Part shown: positions 47,265-56,075 of the stretch, piece by piece
How positions within the stretch are numbered: position 1 is the stretch's first letter
How the letters are laid out: each line of letters opens with the position of its first letter
NCBI GenBank assembly: GCA_043803105.1
Contig: JAZDKJ010000010.1
Coordinates: forward strand, 47,052 to 111,051
Length of the DNA: 64,000 bases
Origin: Candidatus Woesearchaeota archaeon
GTDB taxonomy: Archaea > Nanobdellota > Nanobdellia > Woesearchaeales > JAZDKJ01
Direction of reading: 5' to 3'
The notes under the pieces: generated by a model
What the model was told of the DNA's origin: nothing
What the model saw: only the letters and a program-made list of their open reading frames with translations
Databases searched by the model: none
Program-made: the position numbers and the translations under genes

Positions 47265-47906
47265 ATGAAGCCTGAGACCATTCTTTTCCTGTGTGCCCAC
47301 AATGATGACCATCTGATTGGCGGTGGAGGCACTATTGCCAAGTACTTGCAGCAGGGTAAGCATGTCCATACATTGATTTTTGCTTACGGTGAGAGCTCAC
47401 ACCCTCACTTCAGGCGCCAAGTTGCTGTAGAGATGCGTGTCAAGGAGTCCAAGAATGCACAAAGGATACTTGGCGCAAATCCCACAAGTTATCTTGGTTG
47501 GAAAGAAGGCCATTTTGCTGAAGAGGCAAAGAGAAGGAAAGCCTCTTTGGAGAAGTTTGTGCGCGACAGGAATCCGTCAAAGATCTTTACCCATTCGGTT
47601 GATGACCCCCACCCTGACCACCAGGCAGTTTATTATATAGTCACCAAGCTCCTGGATAAGATGAATTGCAAGGCTGATGTCTATTGCTTTGATGTCTGGA
47701 ATCCTATCAATGTTGCCACTCGCAGCATGCCAAAGCTTGTCGTTGATGTCTCTGAAACATTTGGCACAAAGCTTCGTGCCTTGTCCGCCCATAAGAGCCA
47801 GCGCCTTGCAAGGTTGTCAGTTTCTTGGAATGTGTATGCCAAGGCCTTCCTTAATGGCTTGAGGTATAAGGTGCGTTATGCAGAGGTTTTTTACAAGATA
47901 AGATGA
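47265..47906 (+). CDS. PIG-L/LmbE family N-deacetylase
   Basis: AHNDD..IG.GGTI, R..E, HPDH, AHKSQ. Confidence 0.9.
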   Translation: MKPETILFLCAHNDDHLIGGGGTIAKYLQQGKHVHTLIFAYGESSHPHFRRQVAVEMRVKESKNAQRILGANPTSYLGWKEGHFAEEAKRRKASLEKFVRDRNPSKIFTHSVDDPHPDHQAVYYIVTKLLDKMNCKADVYCFDVWNPINVATRSMPKLVVDVSETFGTKLRALSAHKSQRLARLSVSWNVYAKAFLNGLRYKVRYAEVFYKIR

Positions 47907-49030
47907 ACAAAAGACTGTTGATAGCCACTGATTCCTTCCTTCCCAGGTGGGATGGCATTTCCAGGTTCTTGTCAGAAATCATCCCAGAGCTTAAAAGCTC
48001 CTTCTCTATTACTGTTGTCGCACCAAAGTTTCCTGGAAAAGTTCCTAACATTGAAGGCGTGCAGATTGTGACTGTTCCAACTTTCAAATTCCGGATAGGT
48101 GATTATAACCCTCCAAGGTTTGCAACGCAATTGATAGATGAGCTGGTCAGCAACTCTGACCTGGTCTGGGTCCACTCTATTGGCCCGATTGGAGGCACTG
48201 CCTTGCGTTGCGCAAACAAGCATTCTGTTAAGGCAGTCTCTTTTGTGCACTCGCTTGAATGGGAGCTTGTGCCAAAGAGCCTTCCCAGGGCGCCCCTCCT
48301 CAAAATTCCGACTTACATAATTATGAAGTATATTGCCAGGAACCTTTACAACAAGGCTGACCTTATTATGGCCCCCTCAGATGATGTTTTGAGCATTCTG
48401 GAGTCTAACAGGATAAAGCCCAAGAAGGTGGTGGTTCCGGTTGGGGTTTGCGTGAAAAAGTTTTTCCCTCCGGAAAGCAAGGCAAAGGCAAAACGAAGGC
48501 TTGGTCTTGACCCGCACACCTTTGTCATAGGCTTTTGCGGTAGGGTTGCGCGCGAGAAAAACATTCCAACCCTATTCAAGGCTTTTCTGCAGGTCAATCA
48601 TGATTTTCCCCAATCAAGGCTGATGATTGTTGGTGCGGGGGTCCCGGCTTTGAATAAAAAGTTGTCTCATCCAAACGTTATCCAGGTTGGGTCAACTAAT
48701 AATGTCCTTAAATATCTTCAAGCCATGGACGTCTACGTCCTTCCAAGCCTCACAGAGACCTCCTCCCTGTCAACTATGGAGGCTATGGCGTGCGGACTAC
48801 CGGTTATTGTCACGCCTGTCGGCAGTATGAAGTTCTACATAGACGATGGCAAGAACGGCTTTTTCTTCCCAAAGCGCGATAGCCAAGCCTTGAGGCAACG
48901 CATCGAGGCCCTTATGCTCAAGCCTGGCTTGAGGAAGCGCTCAGGTGCTGCTGCACGGTATACAATTGAGAGCCATCACCTTTGGGAGCACACATCAAGA
49001 CAGATTAAGAGGATTCTTTTAGATCTTTAG
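47903..49030 (+). CDS. GT4 family glycosyltransferase
   Basis: GRVAREKN, DVYVLPSLTET.....MEAMACGLPVI. Confidence 0.92.
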   Translation: MNKRLLIATDSFLPRWDGISRFLSEIIPELKSSFSITVVAPKFPGKVPNIEGVQIVTVPTFKFRIGDYNPPRFATQLIDELVSNSDLVWVHSIGPIGGTALRCANKHSVKAVSFVHSLEWELVPKSLPRAPLLKIPTYIIMKYIARNLYNKADLIMAPSDDVLSILESNRIKPKKVVVPVGVCVKKFFPPESKAKAKRRLGLDPHTFVIGFCGRVAREKNIPTLFKAFLQVNHDFPQSRLMIVGAGVPALNKKLSHPNVIQVGSTNNVLKYLQAMDVYVLPSLTETSSLSTMEAMACGLPVIVTPVGSMKFYIDDGKNGFFFPKRDSQALRQRIEALMLKPGLRKRSGAAARYTIESHHLWEHTSRQIKRILLDL

Positions 49031-52000
49031 GCTTACCACATTGCTTATCCCGTGCTCGTTCATCGACACCCCGTAAAGTGAGTCAGCCTCTGAGACTACT
49101 GAATCGTTGTGGGATATTATAATGTATTGCGCCTTCTCAGCGTATTTTCTGATGAGCTTTGCGAATTTCTCTGAGTTGTGCTTGTCTAGCGCTGCATCAA
49201 CCTCATCAAGGACATAGAACGAAGCAGGCTCGTATTCCTGTATCGCAAATATGAATGCAAGTGCAGTCATTGTCTTTTCTCCGCCTGAGAGTGACCTTAT
49301 GTCCATGAACTTGTTGCCTGTCAGCCTAACCCGAAACTGCACCCCCGCCTCGAACGGTTTGTCAGTGTTCTCAAGGTCAAGGTACGCTTCGCCTTTAACA
49401 GACAGTTGCAGGAATATCTGTTTGAAGTGCTCGTTTATGTTATCGAAGTTTTTCATGAACAGATCTATCTTTCTTGATTCTATCTCTGTCATCATTGCCA
49501 TTACGTCTTTTTGTTCTTTTTGCAGGCTCTCTTTTTTCTCCATCAGGATGTTGAATTCTTTTTCCACTGCGTCATAGATGTCAAGCGCCCTTAGGTTTAC
49601 GCTGCCTATGTTCTCCTTCATCTTTTCATATTCCCTGATCTCTTTCTTTAGCTCCTGCTCGCTCTTTGTTAGGTCAAGTTGCACTCCATCGTACTGTGCG
49701 AACTCCTCGCTGAATCCTGCGAGTTCTGCTTTTATTCTCGCGAGCTCTAGTGAGGCGCTGTTCATCTCGTATTCGTCCTTTCTGCTTTTTTCGATGAGCT
49801 CTTCTATACTCTGCTCAATCCTTGTTATTTCCTCATTGAGCCTTGCCCTTCGTGCATAGATTTCCTTGAATTTGACATATGATTTTTCCTGGAGCTCTTC
49901 CCTTTCTTTGAGCGTGATTGCTTCCTGTTTGGCTTTAGCCTGCAACTGGCTCGTCTCTTCTTGGAACTGGCCCTGTTCTTTGTCAAGCTCTTTTAATATC
50001 TTGCCTGTGTTTTCAAGGTCTCTTCCCAGTATCTCGTTTATCTGCATGTTTATGCCCTTTGCCTCTGTGTTTATTGCTGAGAGCCTTTCAGCTAGCTCTC
50101 TGTGCTTTTGCTCAAATGCGCTCAATTCTGCGAGTATGCTTGGGCTTCTTAGCTTGCTTATCCTCTCCTTTATGGCTGAGCGCTCCACCTTCATTTCAGT
50201 GAGCTTCTTGTTCTTGCCAGTTATCTCTTCTCCAAGCTCTCCGATTTTCTTGTTTGTCTCTTTTCCCTCTGCCTCAAGCTGTTCCTTGTATTGCTTTGAT
50301 GCATCAAAGTCCTCTGATTTGAGATGTAACCCTTTTTCTGTCTTTATTATCTCTCCCTCAAGCCCTGCCTTTGCCACTCGTAGCTTGACAATCCTTTCTT
50401 CTGTCTCGTCTTGTTTTTGCCTCAGCACTGCTGCCTCTCCCTGCATCCTTGCTATCTCTTTCTCAAGCTTGGTGATGTCTGCTGATACGTCTTCCTCCTG
50501 GAATGCACCCTTCTTCTCCCTAAAGCCGCCTTGCATTGCCCCGCTCAGTTCTATCAGGTCTCCGGTGAGCGTGCACATCCTTGCGCTCCCTATACCTATC
50601 CTTCTAGCAACCTCGATGTCATCTATTATGAGAGTGCTCCCGAACACGTACTGGAATGCCTTCTCGAATTGTGAATCGAAATGTATCAACTCTACTGCCA
50701 GCCCATGCACTCCTTTCTCTTTCTTGAGTTTGTGCAGTTGCTGGTCTATTGGAGCTGGTCTGAGTTTGTTTAACGGCAGGAAGGTCGCTATGCCCAGCCT
50801 GTTCCGTTTAAGATAATCTATGCATTTTGATGCCACAGAATCATTTTCCACTATTATGTTGTTTATCCTCGCCCCGCCCGCAACCTCGAGCGCTTGCGTG
50901 TACTTTGATTGCGCTTTGCCTAGCTGCGCCACTGTTCCGAACACAAGCCCGAATTGTTTTTTCTCTTCCAGTATTTTCTTGACCGCAAGGCTTCCTGCCT
51001 TCCTTTCATATACCCTTGTCTGCTGCAGGCTTAGTTTTTCAAGCGCTTCTTTTCTTGTGAATAGCTCCCTTCCAAGCTCCTGAAGCTCTCTTGCTGTCTT
51101 TGAGCTTTCCTCCAGGTGCCTGTTTAATTCCTTTACTGTGTTTTTGAATTCCTCCCTTTTGAGTTTCAGCTCATCCAGCTCTTTTTTGTGCTCCCTTTCC
51201 ACTTCCTGGAGCTTTGCTATCTGGTTGTCAATTGTCTGCAGCTGGAATTCTGTCTTGTCTTTTTTCCTGAGAGATTCCTGCTGCTCTTCCCTGAGTTTCT
51301 GCACCTCTCTTTGCAGTTCCTCTGAATCCCTGTCAAGCTGTTCCATCCTCTGCTCTATCTGGGCAGTGTCCTTGTCTATGTTGTGCTTCTGTTTGAATGC
51401 GTCGATTTTTTGTGTTATTCCCTTCTGCTCTGATTCTATTGCTTCCCTCTCTTTTTCTATTGCCTGCAATTGTGCTTTTAGTTCTGCAATCTTCGTCTTT
51501 ATCTCTTGCACGTTTTTCTGCAGCTGCTCCTTTCTCTGTTTTATCCTTGCTGCCTCATTCTCTAGTGAGCTTAGCCTTGTTTTTGCTGTCGCTATGTTGA
51601 CCCTTGTTTGTTCTATCTCTTTTTGCAGCGCTATCTGCTCCTTCTCTCCTTTCTCTTCTACCTCTTTTGTTAACGTTTGTATCTCTGCTCTGTTTTTCTC
51701 TATTTCCTGTTTGTGCTGCTTTATTTTTTCCAGTTTTTTATCGAGCACCTGCTTGTTTTTCTCATGCGCCTCGTCAGTCTTTTTCTTTTCTTCTTCCTTC
51801 TTGTTGATCTGCAGTTTCAGGTATGATGCCTTGTTCTGGGTTATCCGGTCGTTTACCTCCTTGTACTTTAGCGCCTGGTCCCTGTCTTCCTTTAGTTCCT
51901 TTAGGTAGGTCTTCCTTTCCTTGAGTATTATTTCAGCCTCTCCGAGTTTGCCGTCGACTTTCTCTAGTTCCTTTAGAGCCTTTTGCTTCTTGTCTTCATA

Positions 52001-52510
52001 TATGCCTATTCCCGCAATCTCCTCTATTATCATTCTTCGCTCTATGGTGGACATCTCCACAAACCTTACTATATCTCCTTGCAGTATTATGTTGTATCCC
52101 TCAGGGTCAATCTTTGCGGCTGACAATAGGTCAAGCACCTGTTGTCGCGTCCTTGGCTTGTCGTTTATCCTGTACTTGCTTTGCCCCTTGTCTGTTATTG
52201 TCCTGGTGATCTTGATTGCTGGCTCCTCAGTTGGGAATGCTTTCTTTGCGTTGTCAAAGTATATGCTTACCTCTCCCTCCTTTGCAGCTTTTTTTGTCTT
52301 GCCCCCGTTGTATATGAGGTTGGATGATTTCTCAGCCCTGAGCCCTTTGGCTGAGCTTTTTCCAAGAACAAAGCATACAGCATCGAGAACGTTAGATTTC
52401 CCAGAACCATTTGGTCCTAGGACACAGTTGTAGTGGTCAGAAAAGATGAGCTCAGTTCTCTTTGCAAAGCTCTTGAATCCTTGCATCACTATCTTGTTGA
52501 TTTTGGTCAT
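49019..52510 (-). CDS. smc: Chromosome segregation protein SMC
   Basis: GFKSF, GPNGSGKSN, coiled coils, hinge (GIATFLPL; GDLIELSGAMQGG), LSGGE, LDEVDAALD. Confidence 0.97.
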   Translation of the reverse strand: MTKINKIVMQGFKSFAKRTELIFSDHYNCVLGPNGSGKSNVLDAVCFVLGKSSAKGLRAEKSSNLIYNGGKTKKAAKEGEVSIYFDNAKKAFPTEEPAIKITRTITDKGQSKYRINDKPRTRQQVLDLLSAAKIDPEGYNIILQGDIVRFVEMSTIERRMIIEEIAGIGIYEDKKQKALKELEKVDGKLGEAEIILKERKTYLKELKEDRDQALKYKEVNDRITQNKASYLKLQINKKEEEKKKTDEAHEKNKQVLDKKLEKIKQHKQEIEKNRAEIQTLTKEVEEKGEKEQIALQKEIEQTRVNIATAKTRLSSLENEAARIKQRKEQLQKNVQEIKTKIAELKAQLQAIEKEREAIESEQKGITQKIDAFKQKHNIDKDTAQIEQRMEQLDRDSEELQREVQKLREEQQESLRKKDKTEFQLQTIDNQIAKLQEVEREHKKELDELKLKREEFKNTVKELNRHLEESSKTARELQELGRELFTRKEALEKLSLQQTRVYERKAGSLAVKKILEEKKQFGLVFGTVAQLGKAQSKYTQALEVAGGARINNIIVENDSVASKCIDYLKRNRLGIATFLPLNKLRPAPIDQQLHKLKKEKGVHGLAVELIHFDSQFEKAFQYVFGSTLIIDDIEVARRIGIGSARMCTLTGDLIELSGAMQGGFREKKGAFQEEDVSADITKLEKEIARMQGEAAVLRQKQDETEERIVKLRVAKAGLEGEIIKTEKGLHLKSEDFDASKQYKEQLEAEGKETNKKIGELGEEITGKNKKLTEMKVERSAIKERISKLRSPSILAELSAFEQKHRELAERLSAINTEAKGINMQINEILGRDLENTGKILKELDKEQGQFQEETSQLQAKAKQEAITLKEREELQEKSYVKFKEIYARRARLNEEITRIEQSIEELIEKSRKDEYEMNSASLELARIKAELAGFSEEFAQYDGVQLDLTKSEQELKKEIREYEKMKENIGSVNLRALDIYDAVEKEFNILMEKKESLQKEQKDVMAMMTEIESRKIDLFMKNFDNINEHFKQIFLQLSVKGEAYLDLENTDKPFEAGVQFRVRLTGNKFMDIRSLSGGEKTMTALAFIFAIQEYEPASFYVLDEVDAALDKHNSEKFAKLIRKYAEKAQYIIISHNDSVVSEADSLYGVSMNEHGISNVVSLKI

Positions 52511-52594
52511 GAATCCTGTCTGTTTGAAACCTGGTGGCTATTTAAAACTTTTGTGCTACAAACATTTATATAACAACTGCCCTGCCATAAACCT

Positions 52595-52918
52595 ATGGTT
52601 AGCGAAATCAATGATGAGACCTTTGATTCAAAGGTCATAAAGTCTTCGATGCACACCCCTGTTGTTGTTGATTTCTGGGCTCCCTGGTGCAGTCCCTGCC
52701 TTGCCTTGGGCCCTGTTCTTGAGAAGCTTGAGAAGGATTATCGTGGCAAGTTCTTTTTGGCCAAGATAAACGTTGACAGCAACCCCAAGAAGTCCCAACA
52801 GCTTGGGATTCGCGGAATCCCTGCTGTGAAGATGTTCAAGAACGGCAAGATTACCGCTGAGTTTGTCGGCACTATGCCTGAGCTCTCTGTCAAGGCCTGG
52901 CTTGACAAAAACTTGTGA
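52595..52918 (+). CDS. trxA: Thioredoxin
   Basis: VVVDFWAPWCSPC, GIRGIP. Confidence 0.93.
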   Translation: MVSEINDETFDSKVIKSSMHTPVVVDFWAPWCSPCLALGPVLEKLEKDYRGKFFLAKINVDSNPKKSQQLGIRGIPAVKMFKNGKITAEFVGTMPELSVKAWLDKNL

Positions 52919-52922
52919 GAAC

Positions 52923-53666
52923 ATGGGTATCCTTTTCTGGATTCTGCTTGCGACCCTGGTCAACGGTGCTGTTGGCCTTATAGGCATTTTTTCCCTTTTC
53001 ATGTCGCAAAGATTCTTAAAAAAGATTCTTATGGTGCTTGTCGCTTTCTCTGCTGGCGCCCTGCTTAGTGGTGCCTTGTTTCATTTGCTTGGCGAGGCCC
53101 TTTCAGTCCTTGATGTGACGACTGTCTTTGTCATCTTTCTCATCGGTTTTGTTCTCTTTTTCCTTGTTGAACGCTTTCTTCACTGGCACCACTGTCATGA
53201 CGGCAAGTGTGAAGTGCATCCCTTCAATTATCTTGTCCTTTTCGGTGATGGAGTACACAATTTTATTGATGGCGTTGTTATAGCAGCAAGTTTTTTTGTG
53301 GGCATCCCCTTTGGCTTTGTCACAACACTGCTCATCATTGCGCACGAGGTGCCTCAAGAGCTCGGTAACTTCGGAATCCTGATTTACGGCGGCTTTGGCA
53401 AGCTAAAGGCTGTATTCTACAGTTTCATCGCCCAGCTGACTTGTGTTCTTGGGGGTCTGATCGGATATATCCTGTCAGGTTCTGCCAAAGGCTTGTCTGC
53501 CTACGTGCTTCCCTTTGCTGCAGGTGGTTTTGTCTACATTGCAGCTTCAGACCTTGTGCCTGAACTTCACAAGGAACCGAAGATGAAGAAGTCCATGATT
53601 TCCTTCTCCTTTTTTGTCTTGGGTATTGTCTTCATCTGGTTGGTCAAGGTTTTTCTTGAGCCTTAG
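52923..53666 (+). CDS. ZIP family metal transporter
   Basis: HWHHCH, GDGVHNFIDG, HEVPQELG, DLVPELH. Confidence 0.93.
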   Translation: MGILFWILLATLVNGAVGLIGIFSLFMSQRFLKKILMVLVAFSAGALLSGALFHLLGEALSVLDVTTVFVIFLIGFVLFFLVERFLHWHHCHDGKCEVHPFNYLVLFGDGVHNFIDGVVIAASFFVGIPFGFVTTLLIIAHEVPQELGNFGILIYGGFGKLKAVFYSFIAQLTCVLGGLIGYILSGSAKGLSAYVLPFAAGGFVYIAASDLVPELHKEPKMKKSMISFSFFVLGIVFIWLVKVFLEP

Positions 53667-54319
53667 AACTCGCCTAGTTTTTTCTGTTTCTTGGTGTTTA
53701 CCATATCCTTGTAAGTTGCCCAGCTCTTTCTGTAGATTTCGGGGTTTTTTCTATGGTCTTGCTTGAGAAATTCCTGGGTTACCGGGTCTGCTGGATAGCC
53801 TGAGCCAATCCTTTGCCCGATCATTTCCTCGATTTTCTTTATCTCTCTGTCCCTTGTCACTTTTGCTATAATAGATGCAGCAGAAACAACTGGGTATTTT
53901 GCGTCAGCCTTGTGCTCAGCAACTATTTTGCACTTATGCAGCGTTCTTGACTCAATATAGCTGACAAATGCCTTGATATTATTGCTTGGGCAATCAATCT
54001 GCACCTCATTAGGTTTAAGTTCGTCAATTGCTTCAACCGCTTTTTGTGCTTCCAGCCAATTTAGGTTAAGCCCTTCTTTTCCATTTACTGCATCATCTAT
54101 CTCTTTTGGTGAGATTATGAAAATTTTCCGGGACTTTGATATCTTCAAGATGGTTTCATACAAGCCTTCTCTTTGTCGTGGTGTGAGCATCTTGGAGTCT
54201 TTTGCTCCTATATTTTTGAGCCTTTGCTCATCTTTGCTGTCAACTAGAAGTCCAACTACCACAAGAGGACCGATTACTGGCCCTCTTCCTGCTTCTTCTA
54301 TGCCGAGGGTTAGTGCCAT
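53663..54319 (-). CDS. rnhB: Ribonuclease HII
   Basis: GIEEAGRGPVIGP, DSK, EHKAD, VSAASIIAKVTRD, GSGYPADP, PIP box QKKLGEF. Confidence 0.93.
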   Translation of the reverse strand: MALTLGIEEAGRGPVIGPLVVVGLLVDSKDEQRLKNIGAKDSKMLTPRQREGLYETILKISKSRKIFIISPKEIDDAVNGKEGLNLNWLEAQKAVEAIDELKPNEVQIDCPSNNIKAFVSYIESRTLHKCKIVAEHKADAKYPVVSAASIIAKVTRDREIKKIEEMIGQRIGSGYPADPVTQEFLKQDHRKNPEIYRKSWATYKDMVNTKKQKKLGEF

Positions 54320-54344
54320 TAAGAAATGTTTGTTTACCGAATTA

Positions 54345-55088
54345 TTAAAGGTTTGGTTTATTGTTGAACGATATCCTGCAAGCTTTATCAAGGTGCCTTT
54401 TGTTCAAGAAACCAATCACTTTCATCCATAATTCGTAATTCATATGGCCGCAGAGTTCAATTCGGTTAATGATGAAATAACCTTTTACAAATCTCTTATC
54501 GGGCTGTTTGAGGTGAAAATACTTTGTTACTTTAAATCCAAGGTGCTCAAGCTCTTGCGCCACTTCATGCATAAATTCAAATGATTTGGAGGAACCTACA
54601 ATAATAGGGTAAAGCGGCTTCTTCATGCTTCCTCGTTTTAACCCCAAATAAAAATCAGTATCGGCCAGCCCTCTTAGGAAAGCTATAGTCAATTCCTTTT
54701 CCCCTTTGAATATTGAAGGTATCCTAAGTTTATCATATTTCTTGCCGCAAGGTAAGCCAATAACTCGTGTTAGGTACTCCAACAATCCCTTAGAATAAAC
54801 TACAAAACCGTAAGTCTCGCCAGAATCTTGAACACCAACTTTCAGGTCAATGTTGAATAACCTCTTAACCATCGGTTCAATTACATAATCATAGAAATGT
54901 TGCTCACTTTTAGGGTCTCCGACACATTTGATTATATAATCATGTTTCGTTAACCGGGTGTAAACGCTACCATCCCCTGCTATAAAACCACAAAAGTATG
55001 CCAATTCTCTTGACAATTCGACGGGCAAGACCAAACCTTTGATCACGTCTTTGTTACTAATTTCAACTTGTGACAGATCTAAACACAT
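54345..55088 (-). CDS. Free-standing double-motif LAGLIDADG endonuclease-like protein
   Basis: LAYFCGFIAGDGS and FLRGLADTDF; no intein splicing blocks; ATG at 55088. Confidence 0.87.
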   Translation of the reverse strand: MCLDLSQVEISNKDVIKGLVLPVELSRELAYFCGFIAGDGSVYTRLTKHDYIIKCVGDPKSEQHFYDYVIEPMVKRLFNIDLKVGVQDSGETYGFVVYSKGLLEYLTRVIGLPCGKKYDKLRIPSIFKGEKELTIAFLRGLADTDFYLGLKRGSMKKPLYPIIVGSSKSFEFMHEVAQELEHLGFKVTKYFHLKQPDKRFVKGYFIINRIELCGHMNYELWMKVIGFLNKRHLDKACRISFNNKPNL

Positions 55089-55212
55089 CTTTACTTCCCA
55101 TTTGGGTTCACGATTGCTTATATATCTGACGCTGGAGAATGTCCAGTGCCAAGTCTGTCGTCTTGAAAGAATTACCAAAGTCCTGTGCTAAAATTCGAGA
55201 AAATGAGATGAA

Positions 55213-55393
55213 TAGCGGGGGATGGACATTCAGAATCTTGGCAAATCCAAGATTTCGTTTGAACCATCGACCTTTATCCTTAGCTTTTTAGGCTAATATG
55301 GGTGTCTAGAGCTTTGAGAGCCTTATGAGCCTTCCGTGACTGCTTCATCTAAGGAGCAATCTCATCGGGCACTCCTGACTGCCCTACCCCGCT
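55213..55393 (-). tRNA. Initiator tRNA-Met(CAT) with four introns
   Basis: Exons 55393-55363, 55331-55324, 55303-55298, 55273-55258 and 55226-55213 join into a 75-nt cloverleaf with A1-U72 and GGG/CCC anticodon stem. Confidence 0.88.
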
Positions 55394-55485
55394 GTTGTAT
55401 CTTTGAGAAGAATAGTTAATTTATAAGTCTTTTGCATGTTTTTTAGAGCAAAAAATTTAAGTAGCCCTGCCACTGATAATCGTCT

Positions 55486-55833
55486 GTGATATCAAACCTT
55501 ACTCGAAAAACCATCCTGGCAAAGGAGCACACAATATGCAATACCCTACACAGCAAAGCCAAAGGCCTTATGTTTTCCCCAAAGCCAAGAGCTCTGATAA
55601 TGCTCTTTCGCCCAGCTCAGCCTGTTTCGCTTCACATGTGGTTTGTTTTCTTTCCGATCGATGTCTTGTTTCTGGATTCCCATCAGAAAGTGATTTGTAT
55701 GAAGCAAAGTTTCATGCCGTTCTCCTTTTTCAAATGCAAGGAAAAAGCGATGTATGTGATTGAGCTAAAGAAAGGATCGATTGCAAAGTCCAGGACACGG
55801 ATAGGCGACAAGCTTTATTTTAACTTGGCATAA
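55486..55833 (+). CDS. DUF192 family protein
   Basis: KGLMF, LHMWFVFFPIDVLFLD, YVIEL. Confidence 0.9.
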   Translation: MISNLTRKTILAKEHTICNTLHSKAKGLMFSPKPRALIMLFRPAQPVSLHMWFVFFPIDVLFLDSHQKVICMKQSFMPFSFFKCKEKAMYVIELKKGSIAKSRTRIGDKLYFNLA

Positions 55834-55868
55834 TGTTTATAAACCAATCAAAAAGTCTATCCCCCTGT

Positions 55869-56041
55869 GGGGATGTAGTATAACTTGGCTAGAATAACTG
55901 GCTCCAGTAAAATGGAGCGATGAGCTGCAGAAATGCGGCGATGATTAGATAGCCGGTCTGTTGAAGGCATTGCTTCAATGAAGAGACCAGTTGATCTGGG
56001 TCCGAAAAGTAATCTTTGCTTCGGAAGTCCCAGCATCCCCA
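55869..56041 (+). tRNA. tRNA-Trp(CCA) with 78-nt intron at 37/38 (55908-55985) and 21-nt intron at 59/60 (56007-56027)
   Basis: Acceptor GGGGATG/CATCCCC; ACTGG-CTCCAG|A-CCAGT; T-stem CTGGG/CCCAG; 74 nt after removing both introns. Confidence 0.87.
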
Positions 56042-56075
56042 CTTCTTCAGATAATTAATTTCAGAAAAACCTAGC

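Noticed and set aside
49251-52433. Long + strand ORFs opposite smc (and similar shadow ORFs opposite other genes)
   Set aside because: Ser/Phe/Leu-rich antisense translations of Glu/Lys-rich coding sequence; no independent motifs.
55223-55230. TGGACATT as a fourth copy of the promoter motif
   Set aside because: Partial match that is explained by the tRNA T-stem/intron junction.
55857-56042. 61-aa ORF on the - strand
   Set aside because: It is the antisense of the tRNA-Trp gene.
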